A stretch of DNA of 64,000 bases, from contig OX597819.1 of assembly GCA_951406725.2 (NCBI GenBank), positions 41,912,001 through 41,976,000 of the forward strand. Direction: 5' to 3'. Position numbers and translations under genes: made by a program. Shown piece after piece: positions 13,122-23,970 of this stretch; positions within the stretch are counted from its first letter, which is position 1; each line of letters begins with the position of its first letter. The notes beneath the pieces were generated by a model. The model had not been told where the DNA came from, did not search any database, and saw nothing but the letters and a program-made list of their open reading frames with translations. The DNA comes from Octopus vulgaris. Its lineage: Eukaryota.

Positions 13122-16100
13122 TCTATCATTAGCAATCAAATATGACCTAGTAGTATATACTATGCTTTCTCTTATTGCTTTAGCTACCTATATGGCTGTG
13201 AGCAAACAGACACCCTCTTGGCTCTCCTACCACTGACGTAGTGATGGACAAAGCGAGAGAGTGAGAGATGCACCAGCATGGGTTATTTGTCACTATCCAT
13301 ACTATTATTTGCACCCTCTGCAAATCATGTCCAGCAAGTGTGGCAGAGTAGGCTCATCAAACCAATATGATCTAAAACTCAAATTCACAGCCTCCACATT
13401 AGACTGTAGTTGATGGAGAGAACATGCTGAAGCTTTTGTCCAGCAGTGGACTGGACATAGGCAATCCACAATTAAAACACTATAAAAAAAAATGCAATTA
13501 CCATATTCTCCAGCAAACAAGTAAAATTTTTCAGACCAAAATTGACAGCCAAACATGGTAGGTCAACTAATACATCAAGACAGGTTTTGTAGAAGCAAAA
13601 CCAAAAAATTCCATGTGAAATGCAGCAGTATTTGGAAAGTTGATGATGTTGGCTTGTATACCAGAAAAAATGGTAATCTAATTATATTATTATTTAAATT
13701 GTAAGGTGAATAGCAGCAATGTTTAAGGAAAGAATTCTTTGACATAATTTCTAACGTTTCATAATGTTTACACTTTTTAATACTTACAATGCTAAATACC
13801 ACATCCATGGATTCTGATTCGAGTATTCTCTGACTGGTGTTCTGAAAGTAATAATACATGATATTAAGAACAATTAGCATTTCTTTTAACACATTATTTC
13901 TAATTTCCTTTTATAATTTATTCATAACCATACAGTGTGAAAATGTTATAGTCTTTGTTATTTTACCAAAATTAACATTAACAATGAAATTTAACAATGT
14001 TAAAAAGAAAGCATTTTCCAGCTAGGATCTTTACCACTAGGCATGTTAACAAACAGTCTTTCATGTTGTTTTACTTAATAAATTCATAATAAATTTGATG
14101 TTACTCTCACTACTGAGGCCCTGCATCAATAAATGTTCTATTGTTATTCCTTAAGTTTGCTTTAAAATAACGTCAATCTAACAGTTACACACACACATCA
14201 CTTCATAGATTTCAATAATGCAACCCTACATACAAAGAAAGTAAAAAAGGATATGCAATAATGTAAAAAAAAAAATACTGTGCCAAACATGGCATGGCTG
14301 TGTGGTAAAAAGTTTGCTTCTCAACCACATGGTGTCTGGGTTGTCCCACTGCATGGGACCTTGGGCAGCCTCAGGTAACCAAAGCCTTGTGAGCAGATTT
14401 AGTAGGGAGAAACTGAAATAAGCCTGTCGTATATGTGCGTGTCTTTGTGTCTGTGTTTGTCTCTCACCTCTGCTTGACAACCAGTGTTGGTGTGTTTACA
14501 TTCTTGTAACTTAACAGTTTGGCAAAAGAACCCAATAGAATAAGTGCCAAACTTTAAAAAAAAAAGTACTAAAGTTGACTAAAATTTCTTCAATGTGGTG
14601 CCCCAGCATCGCCACAGATCAATGATTGAAACAAGTAAAACATAAAAGACTTAAGTTATTACTGAGTTTAAGGCATCGAGCTGGCAGAATTGTTAGCACG
14701 CTGGACAAAATGCTGAGCAGTACTTCACCCACCACAACTTTGTGAGTTCACATTCCGCCAAGGTCAACTTTGCCTTTCATCTTTTCAAGGTTGATAAGTA
14801 CCAGTGAAACACTGGGGTCAATGTAATCGACTTAACTACTCTCACAAAATTTCAGGCCTTGTGCCTTTAGCAGAAAGGATTGCTGAGTTTTATCATTCTT
14901 GCACTGCATGTTGCCAATTGTCACAATTCTTTGTCATCTTCTAATGGTTCAGCTTCTTGAGATGAAACTTCAATTCAATGCAGTGACATCTACCCATCAC
15001 CTATTATCACTCATCTCTATCCTTCACTCTTTTTTGCCATCACCCATGCAAAACTATCTTCTACCACTCTCACTGCTACTCATTTTTATCACAAGCCATC
15101 AGTCTCTCATAACCCATTTTTATTGTTAACCCATCATGCTGCTTGTGATTCCTATTCAATTTCCTGACCAACATACAGTTATCACTCCCTCTCCTGTTAC
15201 CCTGTCACTGTTTCCCCTCATCTCACACACACTTCTTTGATCAACATAGTCATTACTCTCCTGTTCACAGTGTCATATTTATTTTGAAAAGATATAGACA
15301 ATATAGAGAGGGTTCTAGTCATATAGATGAAAATCCAACCTCCCTTGGACTGGCAACACGATAAAGTGCACCATGTACATGCTAAACAAAGACAACACTG
15401 GTTAGAGAAGACTTTAGTTTCAGCAAGTGCAATGATAACCTCTCTAATTCTGATACCATGATAGCAAGCACCAAGTACACTCTGTAGAGTGATTGAAGTA
15501 TGTCTGTCTAGCTGCAAAAACCATGCTAGAAATGGAATATACGAGTAAAAAATAGTCCCCCCAATTCATCTAAAGGACAGTAACTCTAAAAAAGTATACA
15601 CTTGGATGTAATGATCAGTCCAACCCATACCAGAATGAAAAGCAGATGTACAATAGTTATTGTGTATATACTGGTTTTATATTAATTAGTTACTATGACC
15701 TTTGTAGGCCCTCTAAGATATGTGAGATTGATGTAGTGGATATCTGGTTTCTATAAAGTAGACATCTGCCAGAAAATAGAGAACAGCAAAGGTCTTGCAT
15801 CTACAGAATAAGGATCAGTTGGAATGATAAGAGCAGAGTAGACAGATGTAACATCAAATGAGCTTGGGTAGAGATGGTATGCAATTTGTTAGTTTAGATT
15901 GCAGAAGATGTAGAAGAGAAAGAAAACAATGATACTGTTTGTGTGAGCCAGTAGTTAAAGCATACTGGTGAATGAGTCAGTAGAATGTCTTTTTTTTCTT
16001 TTTAAATCATTTTTATGTAGCAGCACATGACATTGCATTGCTTTACAGCAAAATGTTTGAGTGACATCTGTTAATAAACAAAAACAATTGGAAAGCTTAC

Positions 16101-18673
16101 ACATAAAGGAAAAGTGCTATGATGCCAAGAGTAACCATCAGCTGGAGCATAAGAATTCCATAAACCTTTCGAATAAAACCTGGAAAATAGAATTAACAAG
16201 TTTAAAATGGTAATCCAAATATTTTTTCCTAAATATGCAAATCCTATACAAAATGTAACATTATGTGAATAAATATATTTTGTTTGTTAGGAATCATACT
16301 GAATTCTTTAACCCTTACTATCATAATTCAAGAGGTGCACACAGAACAGCAAGAATCCAAACAATAACATATCTGTTCATTTTCAATATGTTCTAAAAGA
16401 TTCAAATGTGAACTTCTGATGACTACTGATTGTCATCATCATCATTTAATGTTCATGTTGAATGCTAGCATGGACTGGACAGTTTGACAGGATCTCATGT
16501 CAAAGGACTTCATCAAGCTCTGTCTGTTTTGCCATGGGTCTTTATGGTTGGATGCCCTTCCTAATATCAATCACTTCACTGTGTGGACTCATCAGAGAAA
16601 AATCTTCCCCCTTTAGACAATGTGTTCATATCACACACAATTCACCTGCGTAAGTTGATTTTGAGACATCACAGTGTTTTGACCTTATTTTCTGTCTCCT
16701 CAAAGCTACCCTGGATCAATGAATCTAACAAGAGTACACAAGCTGTTTGCTGATTTCCTTAACATTTTCTATGCTGTAAGCACCTCATGTTGCCATACAA
16801 ATTTTCTCCCTTCTCAATGTGACAGTTACGGGGGAGAAAACTCATACTGTAACATGATGCGCCTCAACATATTAAAGGTTAAACAAGAATCTGTACTCTT
16901 GTTAGATTCATCAGTCTGAGATAGCTTTGAATGAGATGTACAATAAAATCAAAATATAGCAGTGTCTCAAAGTCCGCTTACAGCAGTGTGTAATGAACAA
17001 ATTGTCTAGGGGGAGATGTTCACTGGTGATGAAAAATAGCAGCAATCAAAGATTCACATTCGAATCTACCAAAACATATTTTGTAGTTTTATATGTGCCA
17101 CTGTAATAATCAACACCCACCCCCACAAAAAAGAAGAAAAAATCATAATGCAATGGTAAAGTTTTAAACCTTCAGCAAATAAAATACAAAGTAAATAATA
17201 TGTAAATATTTAACAAAGAGAATAGTTGTTTCTGAGTTTTGGCACAAGACCAATAATTTCAAGGCAAAATACCACCATAGTTGCTTGTCTTCTTTTATTT
17301 TTCAACAGAATAACCATACTGACACTGAAGTAGTAACCACATGTTACTCTTTTCTTTACTCTTTTTACTTGTTTCAGTCATTTGACTGCAGCCATGCTGG
17401 AGCACAGATACACATATATGACAGGCTTCTTTCAGTTTCCATCAACCAAATCCACTCACAAGGCTTTGGTTGGCCTGAGGCTATAGTAGAATACACTTGC
17501 CCAAGGTGCCACGCAGTGGGACTGAACCCAGAACCATGTGGTTGGTAAGCAACCTACTTACCACACAGCCACTCCTACGCCTATAGCAGGTAATATACAT
17601 ATAAAACTATAATCAGATGATTGCATGTCATTGAGGAGTGTCCTCACCTGTTACAATTTGTTTCAAATTCATAAAAACAATCTGATTCATGTAATTAAAT
17701 CTAAAAAAAGCTTTAAATTGATTTGTTGTGATTTTGATGTGATAAGAATCTAATCCGGTTACCAATTATCAGTTTTTGCAGTACTAACTGGAGACATCAT
17801 TGCAGACATTATACTACTAAAATCCATTTCTTCAAGTTCCAAAAGGTTCATTACAGAAAATTTTCATATGGCCATCATATTTGCTTTTGATAAAAATAAA
17901 TCTGTTTTTATTACTATCTAGAAGCTCTATTTTTTTTGCTGCAGCAACAAGTTATTACAACAAAGCTTCTGTCATATCTGGGTCATAGAGTGAATAAATC
18001 ATTATTAACTGTTGACAGCAATGTCATATTGCAATTTTGTTTAATTGAAGCCATAGTTACAGGAGTGGCTGTGTGGTAAGTAGCTTGCTTACCAACCACA
18101 TGGTTCCAGGTTCAGTCCCACTGCGTGGCACCTTGGGCAAGTGTCTTCTACTATAGCCTCGGGCCGACCAAAGCCTTGTGAGTGGATTTGGTAGATGGAA
18201 ACTGAAAGAAGCCTGTCGTCTATGTGTATATATGTGTGTGTGTGTGTATCTGTGTTTCTGCCCCCAACATTGCTTGACAACCGATGCTGGTGTGTTTACG
18301 TCCCCATAACTTAGCGGTTCAGCAAAAGAGCCCGGTAGGCTTACAAAGAATAAGTCCTGGGGTTGATATTTGCTTGACTAAAGGTGGTGCTCCAGCATGG
18401 CCACAGTCACATGACTGAAACAAGTATAAGAGTAAGAGTAATCTTTTATGGTCAAAAGTTTCATTCAATTGAATAGCTAAGCTCTAACACTGAGCCGGTA
18501 GACAAAATAGCAAATAAAACACGTGAAACACAATGACATCACAAACATGCTGACAAGAAGTGGAAAAATATAATTAGTAAATTTATGATAAGCTTACCCA
18601 TTCGAATGGTTTTTTCACTGAATTCGAAATTAAATCCAGTGTATGCATTGTTAGCAGCCTCTGGTTCATACAT
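3137..18673 (-). CDS. GRINA: Protein lifeguard 1-like (TMBIM/Bax inhibitor-1 superfamily, LFG subfamily), 10 coding exons, 238 aa; join(complement 18598-18673,16101-16179,13788-13841,10736-10826,10473-10510,9515-9560,7787-7828,6846-6935,5464-5511,3137-3289)
   Basis: Manual splicing gives a 717-nt CDS: MYEPEAANNAYTGFNFEFSEKTIRMGFIRKVYGILMLQLMVTLGIIALFLYVTPVREYSNQNPWMWYLALVLTFVTLIMLACCPDIRRQFPTNFIVLCVFTVCEGFLLGAISSHYDQDAVLIAVGITALVSAALTLFAFQTKWDFTTMGGLLFVFLIVLFVFGILCAIIQNRYATLAYAALGALLFSFYLVFDTQMMIGGRHKYSISPEEYIFAALNLYLDIVQLFMFILTIVGNAQD*. LFG hallmarks: IRxGFIRKVYxIL, CCxxxRRxFPxN, FQTKWDFT, DTQ, SPEEYIFAALNLYLD (both TMBIM aspartates present). All introns GT-AG with matching phases. The symbol is a best guess; orthology to GRINA versus FAIM2/TMBIM1 is likely many-to-many. 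Confidence 0.95.
3362..3820 (-). mobile_element. tRNA-derived SINE family A (CORE-like domain, internal microsatellite)
   Basis: Same consensus as 18060-18440, 28283-28676 and 42502-42880: A-box TGGCTGTGTGG, B-box GGTTCAGTCCC, GGCACCTTGGGCAAGTG core, GTAAAAGA tail. Further partial copies near 4090, 6420, 8105, 17344, 32755, 39929, 46755, 56278 and 59575. Confidence 0.85.
4455..5200 (+). mobile_element. 5'-truncated RTE-clade LINE (ORF C-terminus, 3' UTR, (GAT)n tail)
   Basis: ORF 4460-4696 QERRLRWYGHVLRM...GRGRPRKTWDEVVKHDL is the typical RTE RT C-terminus; the 3' UTR ends in GATGATGATGATG. Confidence 0.88.
5464..5511 (-). CDS. Lifeguard-like coding exon 9 (YATLAYAALGALLFSF)
   Basis: TTCTAG acceptor, GTAAGT donor, 48 nt, YAALGALLF motif. 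Confidence 0.93.
6846..6935 (-). CDS. Lifeguard-like coding exon 8 (WDFTTMGGLLFVFLIVLFVFGILCAIIQNR)
   Basis: TTTCAG acceptor, GTAAGA donor, 90 nt, WDFT motif. Confidence 0.95.
7652..7714. repeat. Hairpin, 26-bp perfect arms, 11-nt loop
   Basis: ATCAAAATAAGCAACAAGGATATCCA ... TGGATATCCTTGTTGCTTATTTTGAT. Confidence 0.9.
7787..7828 (-). CDS. Lifeguard-like coding exon 7 (LVSAALTLFAFQTK)
   Basis: Poly-T CTAG acceptor, GTAAGT donor, 42 nt. Confidence 0.93.
8880..9475. mobile_element. Highly degraded RTE-like LINE fragments
   Basis: Minus-strand RQMLKISYTGRITNIDVL and a plus-strand ...RSMIADVCIHST-like C-terminus resemble RTE ORF ends. Confidence 0.45.
9515..9560 (-). CDS. Lifeguard-like coding exon 6 (SHYDQDAVLIAVGITA)
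   Basis: AAG acceptor, GTAAGT donor, 46 nt, VLxAxGITA motif. Confidence 0.92.
9951..10325 (-). mobile_element. 3' fragment of a CR1-clade LINE with (CTAA)n tail
   Basis: Minus-strand translation RRGDLILAHNIISG...LWGHSKKL...FSVRVVDPWNKL...FKVSLD is the CR1 ORF2 C-terminus; (TTAG)n at 9951-9973 on the plus strand. Confidence 0.85.
10473..10510 (-). CDS. Lifeguard-like coding exon 5 (TVCEGFLLGAIS)
   Basis: CCAG acceptor, GTGAGC donor, 38 nt. Confidence 0.92.
10736..10826 (-). CDS. Lifeguard-like coding exon 4 (VLTFVTLIMLACCPDIRRQFPTNFIVLCVF)
   Basis: TTTTAG acceptor, GTAAGT donor, CC..RR.FP.N motif, 91 nt. Confidence 0.95.
11284..12564 (-). mobile_element. Near full-length mariner (DD34D) DNA transposon, frameshifted transposase, in intron 3
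   Basis: 34-bp TIRs CGAGGGGCGTTCAATAAGTAATGCCCCTGACCCA (2 mismatches between ends), TA on both sides, 1281 bp. Transposase split over overlapping ORFs with WIPRLL, ITQDETW, LLLQDNAPVH and a PDLAPSDFHLF motif. Confidence 0.95.
12698..13082 (+). mobile_element. ~361-bp hammerhead-containing unit with 24-bp terminal direct repeat (solo Penelope pLTR or non-LTR retrozyme monomer)
   Basis: AGAGACTTAGAAATAATAA(C/T)ATTT at 12698-12721 and 13059-13082; interrupts a SINE on the left and abuts (TA)n on the right; contains the hammerhead. Confidence 0.6.
12816..12858 (+). ncRNA. Minimal type I hammerhead ribozyme (Penelope/retrozyme type, U3-A8 core variant)
   Basis: TCTGCA|TTGATAA|A|GGG-CAAATAC-CCC|GAA|ACATGT|C|TGCAGA: perfect 6-bp stem I, 3-bp stem II, palindromic ACATGT helix III, GUC cleavage triplet (cut after 12852). 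Confidence 0.8.
13788..13841 (-). CDS. Lifeguard-like coding exon 3 (TPVREYSNQNPWMWYLAL)
   Basis: TTTCAG acceptor, GTAAGT donor, 54 nt, phase 2-2; fills the TM1-TM2 loop. Confidence 0.9.
14290..14650 (+). mobile_element. SINE family A copy
   Basis: Homologous to 42502-42880. Confidence 0.8.
14670..14882 (+). mobile_element. SINE family B copy
   Basis: Head plus GGTCAACTTTGCCTTTCATC domain. Confidence 0.8.
16101..16179 (-). CDS. Lifeguard-like coding exon 2 (GFIRKVYGILMLQLMVTLGIIALFLYV)
   Basis: CAG acceptor, GTAAGC donor, conserved FIRKVYxIL motif, 79 nt. Confidence 0.95.
18060..18440 (+). mobile_element. SINE family A copy
   Basis: Near full length, with A/B boxes and 3' tail. Confidence 0.88.
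18598..18673 (-). CDS. Lifeguard-like coding exon 1 (MYEPEAANNAYTGFNFEFSEKTIRM-G)
   Basis: ATG at 18673-18671 with an in-frame TAA 18 nt upstream; acceptor CAG at 18695-18693, implying an upstream 5' UTR exon; donor GTAAG at 18597. Confidence 0.9.
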
Positions 18674-19380
18674 TTTTGAAAATTTGGATTAACTGTTTAA
18701 ATAAATGAGATCAAAATATCAAAATTAAATGTATAACATTACAAACATCATAATTATTAGAGGAAGAGAAAAAGAAAATCAAATTTGAAAAATTACTTCT
18801 GTATTTCAGTGTAATAAATATCCTTATACAATAAACTTTAAAAAACAAAAACAAAAAAAAAACCTTCACTAACATTTATTGTTTGCATTAGAAATTTAAT
18901 ACCTTCATTGGTTTTCACAAAGAATACCTTATTCTTCACAGAAGATGTATTTTCACACTTAGAGAACTCACAAATACATCTAATTATGGAGGACTACTGG
19001 TTTTAAAGAACTACAGAAATTCTAGATTCATAATGCAAAAATTATCTAAATAGTCTACAGCAGTAATATTTTACTCTTTCAGCTTATAAGTTATAGCTAA
19101 GTAGAAGGCTAATAAAAAGCAGAAAGCAAAACTAAAAAGAATAAAAAACATTCCTCAAAATTGAAAGAAAAATAATTAGCATTAATAATTATTGTGAAAG
19201 GCAAAGGAAACAACTCTGAAAAAAAAAATTTCAAATTGATTAAAAATTGAACAAGAACATAGCGTGAAGTAACTTTTGGTAAATAGGATAACTTTAAACT
19301 TGCTTCACTTTTATTAGAATCCCTCAATGAAACAAAGTTTTACTTGAACAGTCTTCACTTAACCCAACACTGCAGCTTAG

Positions 19381-19705
19381 TCAAAGAGACAAGCTAAGAC
19401 AAGTCTTAAATGATGACCACAGCAGTTCACCATCACAGGAGCATTTGCAGATGGACCTCCTAACAAAATGAACTTGTGCCAAACACAAACACACATGCAC
19501 TCCAATTTGGCTAAAGATTTCCTGGGACAAAGCAGTCAGGTAGCAGTACACTGTTGAAACAATATAGGCATTAGCCATTTCTACCAAGCCTTTCAAAGAC
19601 AGCTTCCTATCAGCCCATCTCTGGATGAGACTGGCCAGCCTGCTCACAACTTCTTCCCACATTTTTTCTCTCTTGAAAGCCCAGCCTGAACCAGATGCCA
19701 AACAC
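19381..19705 (-). mobile_element. L1/Tx1-like non-LTR retrotransposon relic
   Basis: WEEVVSRLASLIQRWADRKLSLKGLVEMANAYIVSTVYCYLT resembles the W..R.LS..GR...N post-RT motif of Tx1/L1 elements. Confidence 0.6.
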
Positions 19706-19799
19706 CTTAACTAGATTCTCTGTTGAATAACAGAAACCATGCACACATATTTGTTTCTACAGATGTTAAGTGGCAAGATATTGATATTAGGAAAAGCTA

Positions 19800-20321
19800 T
19801 ATCAAACATGCAAACTGGTGAGCAACCAGAAAAACTACCAATGTTCTACATGGCAGAAGGCAAAAGACTGTGGCCAGGAACAGCCAATTGTATTATGGAA
19901 ACATGGTCTACTGAATGGAGTCAAAGACTGGGAACACTCTGCAAACCTTCCAGAATGGAAAATTAGCCAAGAGATCCTCAACAACAGTGGTAATCGACTA
20001 GATATTGTACTCTAATCACTTTCATCAAAACACATGATTCTGATGGAAATCACTGTGCCATATGAAATCAGACTGAAGGAAACCCACATCTGTGTGACTG
20101 AGAAATATGACAATTTAGACATGAAACAGAGACATTCTCACATCCAAGCCAAATTCTTCACTATAAAGAAGTTTTTGGGCAAATCTGCCAACAATCTTTG
20201 GAATGGCCCAAAATTTCCAGGAAAAAGAGCCAGAGCTCTTAAGGCAATAGTAAAAGCAACTGAAAAGAGTTCCAACTGGATTTGGTCAATGAAAAATGAA
20301 AATGATTTTCAGAATGAATAA
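19800..20321 (+). mobile_element. RLE-type (HERO/NeSL-like) non-LTR retrotransposon C-terminal endonuclease relic
   Basis: RLDIVL...ILMEITVPYEIRLKETH...EKYDNL...ALKAIVKATEKSSNWIWSMK matches the PD-(D/E)xK restriction-like endonuclease end (RPDIVL..ELTVP.E...KY...AE..S.WIW). Confidence 0.7.
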
Positions 20322-23300
20322 TTCACCTTACATTCAACTAGTGGCTCAGACCAAAGTGATTATAACATCCAAGGTGCCATGATTCTGGAGCACCTTAACT
20401 ATCCAGGTAGGTACAGTTTACAATGCAAACAGTCCTACAAAATGTAACAGCAGATGGATACCTAGGAATCATGACCTAGATGCAGCCGAACTCCCTTAGA
20501 ATGTAAGGAGTCAAGGGCCAGAAGACTTACATGAGGGTGGAAGTTCTCTGAAGGCCTGCTACTGCTCAGCTCCCTCTAAAGTTTCTCACCTCCACAAATC
20601 AATACTGGAAGAACGAAAAGCAAAATTGACCATTGTAGGATTTCAACTAAGAATAAAGGATCCGAGAGAAACATCACAAGGTATACTAACAATTCAGCCA
20701 ATCCACCTTTACAATAACGACAATTTTGGAAACAGAGGATGACAACAATGATACCAGCTTGATTTGCCACCACTTAAAGTTGTAATGAACAATTATAATA
20801 GACCAAAAAGAATAAGAATACTTGCCTGTCTAAATGATTATAGTATGTCCTAATGACTGCTTCACTTTGGGTTAGTTACTATGTTTTGCTTTACTCAAAT
20901 CACAACCAACAATCCTAACAGACCAAAACAACAAGAATCCATACCTATTTTAATAACTACAATGTGTACTAATGAGAAACAATAACTACTACTTTTTGCT
21001 ATAATTTCTGTTGTTAATTACTTGGTTTCATTGCACTAACCAGTTACTAACTAACTCTTGACATTTCTTCTAAATGCTCTTTGTTTGCTGAGCAGTGAAT
21101 ATAGTGCTAGGTATTCTGTAATTGTTATGTCATTAAAATAATTACTAAAAGTAGAATATTGCAAGATAGCAAGAATTCGTTCACAGCAACGCCTGCCGCT
21201 TAAAAAAAGTGAATGAAACGACTGTTAGTCAAAAACTTCTGTAATGTTGGAATATATCTTTGGTTAGTTATACTCTCCTTAAAACTATAAGATTTTAAGA
21301 GCGATACAACTTACAAATGTTGACATGCATCCTTTTTGTATGAATAAATGAATTTAAAACAAATACATAGGAAAACAGTGAACTCTTACATTAAATGTAA
21401 CAATTTTTAACCTTTTAAGCCAATTATTACTACTTTCATAAGTCCAGATCCTACAAGCAACCTAAAAACTATATGGTAGTCATAAGAGTAATTAGAACCA
21501 GAATACTTCCTCTATTTTGGGCAGCAAATTATGGTATAAAACAGTTACTAACAATTTAATGAACTACCAAACATTTTTTCTCACAAAAAACAAATTTTAA
21601 AGGGGTTTTTTTTTTTTTGCAACACTAACCTAGCTTGGTGCATTTAAATCTATCAAATAAATTTCTATATGCAATCACTAAGTTTTCTAAATCCAATTTC
21701 ACACTAACCTGCTTAGCAGTCAATAATCCCCATGCAACCTTTATGACAAATATTCAATTTTTTTCTGAAATTATGTCACTATAATATGCTTACTAACTTA
21801 ATATGATCTTGTTACAAAGTAAAAAAAAAAATTTTCACAGCATGCCTAATATCTGAAGAAAACTTTAAAAGAGAACACCTCGTATTTAGCGTAAACATTT
21901 TGGCTTTTTCATCGAATAAAAACATGCAAAAATGGATACAAACAATATTTTTGATATATCAAATCGAAGTATTTAAATTTACGGGAATTTTAATTTAACA
22001 AAAGATAGATAGTTCAACGAGTTTATGTTATTACTTGGGGAGAAAGGTTGATATAATCAATTAATCTCGTCCTCTCAAAACTGCTGGCTTTGTATCTACA
22101 TTAGAAGTATGTGGTTGATGAGTGGCAGAATGCTTTGCGGTATTTCTTTGTGGTTGCTGAACTGGCAAAATCAATTGGGCATCAAAGAAAATGCTTTGCA
22201 ATATTTCATCCAGTTCACTACATTCTAAGTTCAACTCCTACTGAGGTCAACTTTGCCTTTTATAATCCACCCAATGTCAATTAAAAAAAAAAAAAAGGTA
22301 CCAGTCTATTTCTGGGATCAATGTAATTGACTACCACTGCCCCTCAAAATTCCTGTCCCCGAGTCTAAATTAGAAATAGCAATTATGACAGTAAGTAGGT
22401 ACCAATTGCTCTATGATTATAGAGCAATGGAAAAAAAAAGTCTTGTGGTATTTATTCCAGCTCATTACATTCTAAGTTCAAATCCTGCAAAGACTAACTA
22501 AGCTTTTCATCTTTCCAGGGTTGATAAAAAGTACCAATTAATTTATTTAAGTTGATGTAATAAACTAACACTCTCCTCTGAAAAATTGTTGGCCTTCTGC
22601 CTAAATCAGAAGCCATTATCATCATAACACTTAAAATATTACTGGAAAATTCTAAGGGGAAAACTTATGTAGGCTGATTTTTTTTTTTTTCATTTCTATT
22701 TATTTATTTTTAGTTTAAAACAATATGTTTAAACGTACAGATAAGCATGGTCCCTTGTTTGGGTAAAATAAACAATAGATGCTTTCAAACAAAAACATAT
22801 CACATGATTATAGATATATACTTTTTTAAATGTTTGCTTAGACAGTATTTAGAAAAATCCAAAATGACAAACACAATTCTCTATTTGACTACAAATATAT
22901 GGAAATACAAAGAAAAAAACATGAGCAATAGATTACAATACTATTATAATTTTAATATAAAAGAATGACAATTATACAGTAATACAATAAAGAGGAAAAG
23001 TAAGAGCTATTTAAGAGGGTTATAATCAAGTGTTTAACCTGTTTAAGATAGTCCTTAAGTGTTTAACTAAGTGCAGTGGTAAAATGAGGATGCATGTCAA
23101 CATTTGTAAGTTGTACTGCTCTTGAAATCTATAAATTCAAGAATATGATTCACCAAAGACATATTCCAACATTGCAGAAGTTTCTGGCTAAGAGTTGTTT
23201 CATCCACTTTTCTAAGTGGCAAGCATTGCTGTAAATGAACTCTTGTGATCTCACATTTCATTTTCAGTAATTATCTTAATGACATATAACAATTATAGAA

Positions 23301-23970
23301 TATCGAGCACTACATTCAATTCACTTCACAGCAAATCAATGTAATCGACTTGCACCACCCGCAAAATTTCAGGCCTTATGCCTATAGTAAAAAGGATTCA
23401 TCATCGTCGTCATCGTTTAATGTCTGCTTTCCATGCTGGCATGGGTTGGATGGTTTGATTATTATTATTATTATTATTAATATTATTTAAGGCAGTAAAC
23501 TGGCAGAATCGTTAGCACATTGGATGAAATGCTTAGCAGTATTTCACCCGCCGCTACATTCTGAGTCTTTCATCCTTTCGGGGTTGATATAATCAACTCA
23601 TCCCCTTCCCCAAAACGGCTGCCCTTGTAACACAAAATTTGAAACCATTATTTGACCTGTTGTATGCTATAAAATCAAAAAGACGGAGAACCACTGTTCA
23701 GATTTATGCACCTAGATTTTAAAACTCTATATAAATACATTTCATAAAGAAGACCTAAATTACATTTAGCTCAAAAGAACCATCTGGAGAGATTCACAAA
23801 CGAATGAAAATAGATTTTCTTTTTGCACAGTTAGAGAAAGAAATATCTGAAGAAAACTATAGAAAATATTACAATGACACACAGCAGAATGAAATAAAAA
23901 GAATGGTACATATGTTTCCACAAGTGATTCTTTCATCTCCACCTCCTCCGAAACTTTACTGGTTATGACA

